A model generated the notes under the pieces. The model saw nothing but the letters and a program-made list of their open reading frames with translations, ran no database searches and was not told the origin of the DNA. This document shows positions 28,836 through 38,182 of a stretch of 64,000 nucleotides of DNA, in pieces; the stretch's first letter is position 1, and the number at the start of each line of letters is the position of its first letter. Origin of the DNA: an uncultured archaeon (GTDB taxonomy: Archaea > Asgardarchaeota > Heimdallarchaeia > Heimdallarchaeales > Kariarchaeaceae); the NCBI GenBank assembly GCA_964645535.1, contig CAZYCQ010000009.1, positions 17,799 to 81,798 on the forward strand. The letters are read 5' to 3'. Position numbers and translations under genes: made by a program.

Positions 28836-29435
28836 TTGATGCCAGAAAAATTTTCGGGATATATTGAACGCACTCCTGCATTAACAATTTTAGGGGGTTT
28901 TCTATCAAATTATTACAATGGATTAATCTTGATTCTTTTTGTAACCTTCTTGACTTTCTCTTTGTTGATCAATTCTGGATTGAATCTTGTGACTGGAGTA
29001 TTCACCGTTTTCTTTTCAATTCCTGTCTTTCTTTTTGCCCATTTCCGACTTGTCATGCGGGGGAGAAAGGTAATGAAAAAAACATGGCAACTCCAGGTAG
29101 ACATGGATGAGCATATCTTGAAATATGAAACCGGTTATCCCAATATCATGAAACCAAAACATGTTGAATTGGAATTGGATGACATCACGCAACTGGAAGT
29201 CAGAGGAAATGAAACCTTTGGATACTTCTTAGAGTTCCAGACTAAAGAAAACCAAGAAAAAATGAAGAAAGCTCAATCCCTCAAGGAGAAAATGGCAATT
29301 GAACGGTACCAACTTGGACTGTGGCGAGACGTTGAAGATGCTAAGGAGTTTGGGAATCGTCTTTCAACCCTCATATCCAAGCCAATTGAGCAATATTACG
29401 ATAAAGGGCAACCCCATGAAATTCCTTCTTCATAG
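28836..29435 (+). CDS. Hypothetical 2-TM membrane protein with a soluble C-terminal domain
   Basis: Two hydrophobic helices followed by a beta-rich soluble segment. Confidence 0.7.
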   Translation: MMPEKFSGYIERTPALTILGGFLSNYYNGLILILFVTFLTFSLLINSGLNLVTGVFTVFFSIPVFLFAHFRLVMRGRKVMKKTWQLQVDMDEHILKYETGYPNIMKPKHVELELDDITQLEVRGNETFGYFLEFQTKENQEKMKKAQSLKEKMAIERYQLGLWRDVEDAKEFGNRLSTLISKPIEQYYDKGQPHEIPSS

Positions 29436-29494
29436 TTTCCTTTACTCAAAAGAAACAAATATTAGCATGAATGCCTACTTGACAATTAGGAAAT

Positions 29495-30703
29495 ATGCCG
29501 ATCGAAGATGAAGAGGACCTAGGGATCAACAACCAAGATACCTCTTATTTATTAAGTTATACTCGTCATCTAGAACGTCAAACAAGACGTCTGGAAAAGG
29601 AGAAGCAGGTTGTTGAGGGAGAACGCCTTCGCCTCCAAAGGGAGGTAAACAACATCCGAAGTGAATTGGAGAGGTTAAGATCCCCCCCTCTTTTTGCGGG
29701 TACCTTGATCAAGTATCTAGGTGACAACAAGGCTCTTGTGAAATCAAGTACTGGCCCTCAATTGGTTGTAAATGTTAGTGCCAAAATTGACCCCGAAGAA
29801 CTCCAACCCAATGTGACAGTCGCCATGAACCAACGTTCATTCGCAATTGTGGACGTTCTTCCCAAAAATCATGATCCAGTTATTCAAGCAATGGAGGTTG
29901 AAACAAAGCCAAAGGAGACTTATGCTGATATTGGCGGTCTGACAGATCAAATCCAACAAATCCGTGAAGTAGTTGAACTTCCATTGAAAAAGCCTGAGCT
30001 TTTCGAAAAGGTTGGTGTTGTCCCTCCCAAAGGCATTCTTCTCTATGGCCCTCCTGGCACCGGAAAAACACTTCTTGCCAAGGCTGTAGCCCATGAAACG
30101 AACGCCACCTTTATCCGGATTATTGCCTCGGAATTAGTTCAAAAATTCATTGGTGAAGGTGCTCGATTAGTTCGAGAAGTCTTTGAATTTGCCATTGAAC
30201 ATTCTCCCAGTATCATTTTCATAGATGAATTGGACGCAATAGGTTCCAAGAGACTTGAAATTGCTACAAGTGGAGACCGAGAAGTTCAAAGAACGTTGAT
30301 GCAGTTGCTCTCCAGCATGGATGGTTTCGAACCCCGTGGCAATGTTCGTGTCATTGCAGCTACAAATAGGCCAGATATCTTAGATTCTGCACTGTTGCGT
30401 CCCGGGCGTTTTGATAGACTTATTGAAGTTCCTCCTGCCGACAAGAAAGGAAGAAGAGAAATATTCCAAGTGCACCTTCGTGGATTGAATATTCCCGAAG
30501 ATCTTAATCTTGATTATCTGGTAAATGAATCTGAAGGCTTTTCAGGTGCAGAAATCCGTAATGTCTGCATAGAGGCTGGAATGTTTGCAATCAGAAACGA
30601 CCGTGACTATATTACTATACACGATTTTCAGAAAGCGTTTGAGAAGATCAAATTTGAGCGTAGCAAAAATAGCACCCCTCAATTCGTTGAAAACTTTGCC
30701 TAA
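29495..30703 (+). CDS. pan: Proteasome-activating nucleotidase (AAA+)
   Basis: N-terminal coiled coil, SPPL, GPPGTGKT, FIDELDAIG, DREVQRT, ALLRPGRFDR. Confidence 0.97.
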   Translation: MPIEDEEDLGINNQDTSYLLSYTRHLERQTRRLEKEKQVVEGERLRLQREVNNIRSELERLRSPPLFAGTLIKYLGDNKALVKSSTGPQLVVNVSAKIDPEELQPNVTVAMNQRSFAIVDVLPKNHDPVIQAMEVETKPKETYADIGGLTDQIQQIREVVELPLKKPELFEKVGVVPPKGILLYGPPGTGKTLLAKAVAHETNATFIRIIASELVQKFIGEGARLVREVFEFAIEHSPSIIFIDELDAIGSKRLEIATSGDREVQRTLMQLLSSMDGFEPRGNVRVIAATNRPDILDSALLRPGRFDRLIEVPPADKKGRREIFQVHLRGLNIPEDLNLDYLVNESEGFSGAEIRNVCIEAGMFAIRNDRDYITIHDFQKAFEKIKFERSKNSTPQFVENFA

Positions 30704-30794
30704 GACTAGCTGGCTATAACAATTAGAGGACAATTTAAGCACTCATTTTCGTTAAGAGGATTAAACTTAAACACAAACAAGAATACCATAAATC

Positions 30795-31685
30795 GTGAAA
30801 GATTTTGTGGTTGATCATCTTCCGGGGTCTATTGTCCGCTTTTTCTCTAGACCGTATGTGGGGGGATATGGAATCGATGCTGCATTGAAGAAAGCAGAAG
30901 AGTTGTGGACAAATGAAAGAATCTCGACAACTCTTGATCTATTGGGTGAATTCGTCAAAACCAAAGAAGAAGTAGAGAACACTGTATCAATCTACAAAGA
31001 TGTTTTTGACAGAATCAAGGACAAAAACGATCATATCTCTGTTTCCATTAAACTTTCTGCATTGGGAATTTTATTTGACCGAGAATACTGTGAATCAAAA
31101 CTTGAAGAATTGCTGAAGGTTGCCGATGAACGTGGTATCAAGGTTACTATGGATATGGAGGATTCTTCCCTGACAGAAACCACGTTGGAAATCTATCGGA
31201 AATTTGTCCAAACATATCCGTCTTTCGGTACTGTTCTTCAAAGCAGATTGTTTAGGACAAGGGAAGACATTGAACGATTTAAGGACATCAAGGGCCGTTT
31301 CCGTATCTGCATTGGAATTTACAATGAACCTCCTGATATCTCTCTGACAGATAAGAAAGAAATGAAGGAGAAGTTGCTCGAATATGCTAAGATGCTTTTG
31401 GAATCTGGTCATTACACCGAAATTGCCACTCATGACAAAACAACAATTGAACGGGCAAAAGAGATCGTCAAAGATTATCCTCCCTCTCAGTTCGAGTTTC
31501 AGCAGCTCTTGGGTGTTCCCTTGCTTTCTGTGCAAAGGGAGCTTGTACGGTTGGGATACACTGTCAGACTTTATCTCCCGTTTGTGATCAACAAAAAAGA
31601 TGCAACAGCCTATTTGAAAAGAAGAATGAAGGAAAATCCACACATGACCATTTATGTATTGAAAAACCTTCTAAGATTGAATTGA
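30795..31685 (+). CDS. Monofunctional proline dehydrogenase
   Basis: DLLGE, SIKLSALG, DMEDS, VLQS, IATHD, EFQQLLGV, YLKRRMKENP. Confidence 0.9.
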   Translation: MKDFVVDHLPGSIVRFFSRPYVGGYGIDAALKKAEELWTNERISTTLDLLGEFVKTKEEVENTVSIYKDVFDRIKDKNDHISVSIKLSALGILFDREYCESKLEELLKVADERGIKVTMDMEDSSLTETTLEIYRKFVQTYPSFGTVLQSRLFRTREDIERFKDIKGRFRICIGIYNEPPDISLTDKKEMKEKLLEYAKMLLESGHYTEIATHDKTTIERAKEIVKDYPPSQFEFQQLLGVPLLSVQRELVRLGYTVRLYLPFVINKKDATAYLKRRMKENPHMTIYVLKNLLRLN

Positions 31686-31689
31686 TTTT

Positions 31690-33081
31690 TTACTTTACAA
31701 CAACATTGATGTTCTCGAAGTCAATCTTTTCTCCTATCTTGAGAATGCCATACTTTCCATCATGTCCTGGAGGATCAAAAGAGAAATTTCCTCTCTTCAC
31801 TTCAATAATTAACTCAATAAGCCTTTCTGGAATGTCCATGGCTCTAATTTGCTTTTCATCCAATATCCACAGAGCCACTTCGGTTCCAACATGGGAAATT
31901 ATCTGATAGTACAATGATTTTGATTTTTTGGATGTTATGGATTTTATGCCCAAGAAAAAAGCAATAATTTCTATCAGGGGAACCATGGTCACGAATTTTC
32001 TTTTGGTTGCAATTTCTGCCAGTTCACGAGTCTCTCCTTGCTGACGTGCGATTTCATATGACCTGTTCAGAACTCCCTTTGTCAGTTGTTTTCCACAGAT
32101 TGGACAGATATTCCCCCTTGGGGTAAATTTTGGTGAAAAGTAACAATACTGACCTTTCAGATGTAGATATGGATGTTTCCGATTGTCCCGATGACCAGAA
32201 AGGAAATACCTCCCCTCTGTCGGATCAAACTCTCCAGTAAACTCAATGGAATTTTTTCTGATAGCTTCAGTCAAAGCACCAAAACTTAATCTTGAAGTTC
32301 TAATGGTGGTGAATTCCCTTCCGATTTTGTTCAATCCTGAAGAGTGTGCATCTGCATTGGAGATAAAGGTCTTGGATCTTAATTCAGGAATAAAATCCAG
32401 GATCAATGGGTCTGCACTCAATCCCGTTTCGATTGCATGGATCCGTTCTGTAGATTCCCCAAAAAATTCTGAAAGGAAATTGACACCGTTATTCCCTCCA
32501 TAAACGCCTTCAGGTGTCATTACATGTGCCGGTATCAGTTCCACCATTTCATCAATGTCCAAAATCGCATTTACCCTTTCTCCAACCTGCTCACTGTTTT
32601 CACATACCACAAAAGGTCTTGCCATGTTCTGATGTTTTGTTTCCCATTTCTCAAGAAGCAGGACGAACTGATCTACCGTTTCGAATGTCGGAAAGAGAAT
32701 CAATGCATGAGCTTTTTTTCTCCCTTTCCCATTTTTTGGAGGTGCAGTCAAAATGATTTCCGTCTGAAGAACATATTTTGGTCTTTCATAATCTTTCCAG
32801 TTCCAATCGACCTTCATTTCATTGATATGTTTCACTATTTCACTTTCAGAAATGGCGAATTCAAACAATCCATCATCTGTTTCATCTAGGTGTTTTTTCA
32901 AAAATGCATTCCATGGATCGAATTGACAATCTCCTGTACCCAGGATATTAATCCCCTTCAAAGGGGAAAAAACAGCAGCATCGAGGAACCTTTTGAATAT
33001 CCTTTTCTCTTTTTCCTTTTCTCCTACTCCTGCCCCTCCTGCATAACCGGAATGTGTATGTAAATCGAATGTGAGGTTCAC
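31690..33081 (-). CDS. PHP-domain endonuclease Q-like DNA repair protein
   Basis: DLHTHS, GTGD, PAH, ETGLSAD, SNADAHS, GRE, CPICG..LTKGV, GHDGKYG. Confidence 0.85.
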   Translation of the reverse strand: MNLTFDLHTHSGYAGGAGVGEKEKEKRIFKRFLDAAVFSPLKGINILGTGDCQFDPWNAFLKKHLDETDDGLFEFAISESEIVKHINEMKVDWNWKDYERPKYVLQTEIILTAPPKNGKGRKKAHALILFPTFETVDQFVLLLEKWETKHQNMARPFVVCENSEQVGERVNAILDIDEMVELIPAHVMTPEGVYGGNNGVNFLSEFFGESTERIHAIETGLSADPLILDFIPELRSKTFISNADAHSSGLNKIGREFTTIRTSRLSFGALTEAIRKNSIEFTGEFDPTEGRYFLSGHRDNRKHPYLHLKGQYCYFSPKFTPRGNICPICGKQLTKGVLNRSYEIARQQGETRELAEIATKRKFVTMVPLIEIIAFFLGIKSITSKKSKSLYYQIISHVGTEVALWILDEKQIRAMDIPERLIELIIEVKRGNFSFDPPGHDGKYGILKIGEKIDFENINVVVK

Positions 33082-33130
33082 AAGCAGTCAATTCTTGGTT
33101 AGGTTAAGAAGTTGATTTTGCCAACCTATT

Positions 33131-33511
33131 TTATCCACAGCATCCTGCATCCCCACTGCAACTTCCACATGCTGCACCAGCCGCGGCAGCAAGTAAATCT
33201 GCATTGGGACTGCTGATTGAAAATCCGGATTTTTCGCCTTCTGTGTAGGACACTGAAGCGCCCTTCAAGTATGGGAATGATATGTGGTCAATCACCACTT
33301 CAATCCCTGATTCATGGATTTCATGATGGTCATCCGAATTTTTGCGGGTATCAAGTGCCATTCCAAAAGAAAGACCTGCTCCACTTGGTTGGACAAATAA
33401 CCTCAAATATAGGTTTTTGTTTTCCTGTTGGGCGATTACCTGTTTTATCATTTCAACAGCCTTATCGCTTATTGTAACACCTGGTTTTTCAAGTACTTCC
33501 AAATCAGACAT
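33131..33511 (-). CDS. HesB/IscA/ErpA-family Fe-S carrier-like protein
   Basis: VTISDKA, LRLFV, VVIDHISFPYLKGA, GFSISSPN; Cys-rich tail CGSCSGDAGCCG. Confidence 0.85.
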   Translation of the reverse strand: MSDLEVLEKPGVTISDKAVEMIKQVIAQQENKNLYLRLFVQPSGAGLSFGMALDTRKNSDDHHEIHESGIEVVIDHISFPYLKGASVSYTEGEKSGFSISSPNADLLAAAAGAACGSCSGDAGCCG

Positions 33512-33640
33512 CTAATTACCTTTGCATTATTAAAGTTAAAAAACACATCGATAGCCGAAATTATTGTATCCCTTTCTCTCTTCTATTCATTACAATTGGG
33601 ATGGCAACAGTTAAATTAAAAATAAGGCTAATAAAGTTAG

Positions 33641-34759
33641 ATGAGTGAAAAAGACCTTTTTGCGGATCTGAAACATTCACTTGAGCATGCAAAAGATACT
33701 ATTCTTGATGTTGAGCATCAACGACAAATTAGATTGAGCATGGTCATTACCGATGGAAGAGATGACTTCTTGGTACGATATGAGGAAATGGATCGATTGG
33801 CGGAAAAACTGAAATCTGAAGTTGTGCGGGTTTATCTATACGAACTCGAATCAACTTTATTGAAAGACATCATATCCCACACAAATGAAATTGAAGAATC
33901 CCCAGAATCTTTAGAAAAAAAGGAACAACAAATCATTCAGGCACTACAGGATCATTCTGCAAAAATCAAGGAACTAAAGCAACAAAACTCATTAATTCTT
34001 TTGGAAGATGGATTCAAGAACCTACTGTTTAGAATCAAGGATGTTCGAAAGAAGGATGTTGATGTGGAAACTTTAGAAAAAGAAGATATTTTTGCGCTCA
34101 CCGATTTCTTCCTTGAAGATTACAGCAACCGGGAAGATAAGCTCTCAACTGCCCTAAAAACATTGATCAAAGAAAAGGATCCCCAATTGATATACTGCAA
34201 ACCCCCATTACTTCGAAACAGAGATGGCAATGAAACGGATCCATTTGGAAAATTGGAAAAATCAATTCTCTCATCAAAATCGGATGGATCTTGGGTATAT
34301 TTTGAAGGAAACAAACCATTAAAAGAAATCCAAAAAGTTGCTTGCCTGATTTTTGGGGGACAGGATGAGGTTGCCCTTTTAAGGAATGCACAAGCCCTTC
34401 TTAGTGTATTCAATAACCCATCCTCCACTCTTGAAATCCATTTCATCGGCCTAGTACCCCAAAAACAATTGAAGATGGCCATGATGGTTTCAGAAGCGGA
34501 TGAGAATGAAGTTAGAAAGAAAATCGAGATCAAAATGAAAGACCAATTCAGAAGATTACGTATACAAGGAAAGGTTCCTGAAATCTCAATCAAATTTGGA
34601 GAAATAGAAGAAGACCTCCTCAAAATCATGCGTGAAAAAGAGGTCGAGATGGTTTTTGTCTACCCCAAAGTCACATCTGAGGACAGTTATGACGAGAATG
34701 CAGCAGATGCAACCAAAATTTTGCTATCTGAAGGAATCTCGCTCTTCCTCACTTACTAG
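33641..34759 (+). CDS. Hypothetical soluble protein with possible USP-like domain(s)
   Basis: C-terminal IKFGEIEEDLLKIMREKEVEMVFV resembles a universal stress protein; abuts the permease gene. Confidence 0.55.
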   Translation: MSEKDLFADLKHSLEHAKDTILDVEHQRQIRLSMVITDGRDDFLVRYEEMDRLAEKLKSEVVRVYLYELESTLLKDIISHTNEIEESPESLEKKEQQIIQALQDHSAKIKELKQQNSLILLEDGFKNLLFRIKDVRKKDVDVETLEKEDIFALTDFFLEDYSNREDKLSTALKTLIKEKDPQLIYCKPPLLRNRDGNETDPFGKLEKSILSSKSDGSWVYFEGNKPLKEIQKVACLIFGGQDEVALLRNAQALLSVFNNPSSTLEIHFIGLVPQKQLKMAMMVSEADENEVRKKIEIKMKDQFRRLRIQGKVPEISIKFGEIEEDLLKIMREKEVEMVFVYPKVTSEDSYDENAADATKILLSEGISLFLTY

Positions 34760-34761
34760 GG

Positions 34762-36117
34762 GTGATGACCATGAGTACAGAGGAGCTCAATTATTTCAAC
34801 ATAGTCGTCATGCTTGTCATCTTTGTCATCACATATTACCTGATAATCAAAAAGTCCTTTGACAAAAATATAGCTGCTGCTTTAGGTGCTCTTACCGCTC
34901 TTGTTGCAGGAGAGATTCTGTCTGCTTTTGATCAAGAGGAATTTCTTGCGGTGGATCTTGGTCATGATTATCTGATATTGGCAATCCTTTTGGGAAACCT
35001 GTTGATGGTTGTTGTAGCTTCCGAAGTGGGTCTTTTCCAATTCATTTCCATTAAATTGCTGAAAGCAACCAAAGGAGACCCTCGATATCTTTATTTTTCT
35101 TTGGGTACACTTACTCTTCTTTTGTCATCGCTTGTCAATACCATCCCTGCAATTCTTGTTGTAGGGGCGTTGACCATCGTGGCATGTTCTGAACTTAATT
35201 ACAACCCTCGTCCTTTTATCCTGATGGAGATCGTCGTTACAAATACCGGTGGATTGACCACTTTGATCTCTGCAATAACCAACCTGATAATTGCAATTCC
35301 CTTTGGAATTGCCTTTATTAGGTTCACAGTAATTGCAGGACCTCTTGCAATGATATTGTTTGTTATCAGCATGGTGTTCATGTATTATGCCGTCCCCATA
35401 GAGAAAGGAATGGATCCGAAAAAACGTATGGAGAAAATCAATTCATTCAACGAATGGAGTGTAATCGATGATAAGGTAAAATTCTATAAAACCTCTGCCG
35501 TGTTTGCTCTTTCCATGTTGATGTTACTCCTTTCGGATACCATTGGCTTTAGCATCGCTGTGATTTCTGTCGGTGGTGGCTTGCTTATGATGTATGCCTC
35601 TGGGAAAAAATTCGAGCAGGTGCTTCCAAAGGTAGATTGGACATTACTGACATTCTTTGCGTCTCTTTTTGTGCTGATCAAAGTATTGGAAATTGTCGGT
35701 GTTCTTCGGATCTTGGCGGAAGTTCTTGTTTTTTTCCTTGGATCCAACAATTTGATTGCAAGTTTGATTCTCCTCTTATTCAGTACCATAATTAGTGGGG
35801 TTCTAGATAATGTGGTTTTGGCAGTGACTCTAACTCCAATTATCCAAGACATTGCCGCTACTACTTCGCTTGATGCAGGTCCATTGGTTTGGGCCTTGAT
35901 TATAGGCACGAACCTTGGCGGTGGGTTGACACCAATTGGAGCTCCTCCCTGTGTTTTAGGTTTGGGAATACTGCAACGTGAAACAGGACAAAAGGTCGGT
36001 TGGGGTGAATTTTTCAAGACTGTGGGAATGGCCACCATTATCAGATTGGTTGTTGCAGCAATTTATCTTGCCATCCTAGTCTTTTTGGTTGACCCTCATT
36101 TTCTTTCTCCTGTTTAA
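34762..36117 (+). CDS. ArsB/NhaD/SLC13 (P-protein-like) ion permease
   Basis: TNTGGLTTLI, VDWTLLTFF, SGVLDNV, NLGGGLTPIGA. Confidence 0.9.
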   Translation: MMTMSTEELNYFNIVVMLVIFVITYYLIIKKSFDKNIAAALGALTALVAGEILSAFDQEEFLAVDLGHDYLILAILLGNLLMVVVASEVGLFQFISIKLLKATKGDPRYLYFSLGTLTLLLSSLVNTIPAILVVGALTIVACSELNYNPRPFILMEIVVTNTGGLTTLISAITNLIIAIPFGIAFIRFTVIAGPLAMILFVISMVFMYYAVPIEKGMDPKKRMEKINSFNEWSVIDDKVKFYKTSAVFALSMLMLLLSDTIGFSIAVISVGGGLLMMYASGKKFEQVLPKVDWTLLTFFASLFVLIKVLEIVGVLRILAEVLVFFLGSNNLIASLILLLFSTIISGVLDNVVLAVTLTPIIQDIAATTSLDAGPLVWALIIGTNLGGGLTPIGAPPCVLGLGILQRETGQKVGWGEFFKTVGMATIIRLVVAAIYLAILVFLVDPHFLSPV

Positions 36118-36161
36118 GTATTCGTCTAATCATTTTTGAACTCAAAAAAAATCCCTGATTC

Positions 36162-36752
36162 ATGGCTTGGTATGATGATTGGTTTTTTGAAATTGTCCAT
36201 GCTCTGAATCTTCATAAACCCCCTCTCTCCTCAATCTTTCTCATTTTTGTTTCCATATTCATCAGCTTTTTCTCTGCTGGGGTCACAAGACTCCTCATCA
36301 ACACAAAGGAATTGAATCGCCTTCAAACATTACTGAAGGAATTCAATGAACGAAAATCAAAGGCAATTCGAGAAAAAGACCCCAAACTCTGGATATCTGT
36401 CAAATACCATGAGGCAGATATGACAGAGGTACAGCAATCAATGATGATGAAACAGATCATTCCTCAGATCATCATTTCAGTGACATTTATCGTATTCTTC
36501 GGTATACTTCGTCGATCAATGGGTGATCCCTCTCTCAATCTAACTCCTGATAGAGGAGGAATTGTAGCGATTTTGCCATTTAGAATCCCCTCCTCAATCC
36601 CTTTAATCGGTGGATGGTTCAGTCAATATGCAAATGATCCAAATCTAAGTGCGGCTGGATTTGGTTTTTGGTATTTCCTCAGTGCTATTTTTACATCTTT
36701 TCTTCTCACAAGAATCTTCGGCATCAATCCAAGACGACAAATGGGAATGTAA
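36162..36752 (+). CDS. EMC3/TMCO1/Get1 (DUF106, Oxa1 superfamily) membrane insertase-like protein
   Basis: TM1 + cytosolic coiled coil (QSMMMKQ) + LPF..P + GFGFWYFLS...RIFG. Confidence 0.8.
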   Translation: MAWYDDWFFEIVHALNLHKPPLSSIFLIFVSIFISFFSAGVTRLLINTKELNRLQTLLKEFNERKSKAIREKDPKLWISVKYHEADMTEVQQSMMMKQIIPQIIISVTFIVFFGILRRSMGDPSLNLTPDRGGIVAILPFRIPSSIPLIGGWFSQYANDPNLSAAGFGFWYFLSAIFTSFLLTRIFGINPRRQMGM

Positions 36753-36923
36753 TCCTGGTTTCCAAAATGTTTAAACACGTTAATTTTTATCAATACCGCT
36801 TTAACTGATCTCAAAAAACTTCTTTTCCATTTCTATTCTGACTTTTTATTTAATGTGTAATCTTTTTTTCCTAATTTTCAAAACATGATCGAAATATTTT
36901 TATTTTTTTTTTCGTACTCCTTT

Positions 36924-38171
36924 ATGCAACTTCGAGTTGTAAATCTATCATTGTTGATCATAATGCTTTTCGCACCCCAATTCTTTCTGAATATATCGAC
37001 CATCCTTTCTGTTCCTTCAGGAAGTGAAGTCCTAGGTTACGTTGGAACTGCCGCAAATTCACAAACAGTGCTGTCTTGCAATGACGAAGCTCTTGTGTTT
37101 GTTGAATGTCAAGGTTGGCAACTGCACATTCCTTCTGATTATGATTATAGAGGAACAGTTGTAGTTATAGATGATGGTCTTTCGATTGATCAATGGAAAA
37201 AATTGGAAAATGGATATTTTGGTTTCCAAGTCGACATTGTTAGGTATGTGACCCCTGATGTAAATGGATTTCCAATTTCCTTTGGGGATTATGGGGATGA
37301 TTCTTTGACTGGATTGGACAACAGCGATCTTGGTTATTTCTCACCTAACGGAGTTGGTCAGGATCACGGATTTGCAGTTATTAGTGCATTAGCTACAATT
37401 GTTCCAAATGTAAAGATAATTTTTGTTAATGCACAAATCCGTTATGGTGAAATTGTTGGAGAAGGATTTCAAATAGATCGGGATGTAGGAATCTGGACTT
37501 GGTTAAGAGACAATGCCAATGTTTTTGACATTGATGTTATTACTATATCTTTGAATTCTGGGACTTCAAATGCCGTGGTTTCCTCAAGAATTGAGGATCT
37601 TTATGCTAAGGGTATTTTCATGATTTCATCTATTGGCAACGAAGGCATATATCAAGGGAATGTTTTTCCTCAATCCCATTCCAAAATCTATGCTGTAGGT
37701 TCAGTAGATCACGAAGATAGAGGAACTACTTCGGATCCGGACAAATATTCAAAAGAAGGTTTCTATTCCGGTTTTGCGGTTTCTTCTGATCTTTATTCGT
37801 CCTATGGAGGACCATATGCCTCCCGTGCTGATTCACTTGATTTTACAATGCCCGGCAACGGAGTTCCTATTGTCAGTTACAATCAAAATCAATGGGTATA
37901 TGGTGTAGGAACAAGTTTTAGTGCTCCCTACCTTGCAGCAGCTGCCCTGATTGCTGTGTATGCATATAATCAAGGGTATCTGTCTGCTGGAGGTGTATTT
38001 TCAGATCCTTCAGCCGCTACTATTTATTCAATTCTTAAATCGGTTTCATCCCAAAATCGATATGATTCAAACAACGGTTGGGGGTATGTTACGTTTTTAT
38101 CTGTCTATAACCAAGCTTATTCTGAAGGATACGGCAGCATCACCTGTGGTTCTTCATTTTGCTTATTTTAG
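36924..38171 (+). CDS. Secreted S8 subtilase-family serine protease
   Basis: Triad VVIDDG / DHG / GTSFSAP; oxyanion SIGN; PG motif; GWG; alternative start at 36885. Confidence 0.85.
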   Translation: MQLRVVNLSLLIIMLFAPQFFLNISTILSVPSGSEVLGYVGTAANSQTVLSCNDEALVFVECQGWQLHIPSDYDYRGTVVVIDDGLSIDQWKKLENGYFGFQVDIVRYVTPDVNGFPISFGDYGDDSLTGLDNSDLGYFSPNGVGQDHGFAVISALATIVPNVKIIFVNAQIRYGEIVGEGFQIDRDVGIWTWLRDNANVFDIDVITISLNSGTSNAVVSSRIEDLYAKGIFMISSIGNEGIYQGNVFPQSHSKIYAVGSVDHEDRGTTSDPDKYSKEGFYSGFAVSSDLYSSYGGPYASRADSLDFTMPGNGVPIVSYNQNQWVYGVGTSFSAPYLAAAALIAVYAYNQGYLSAGGVFSDPSAATIYSILKSVSSQNRYDSNNGWGYVTFLSVYNQAYSEGYGSITCGSSFCLF

Positions 38172-38182
38172 GAGGAAAGCGC

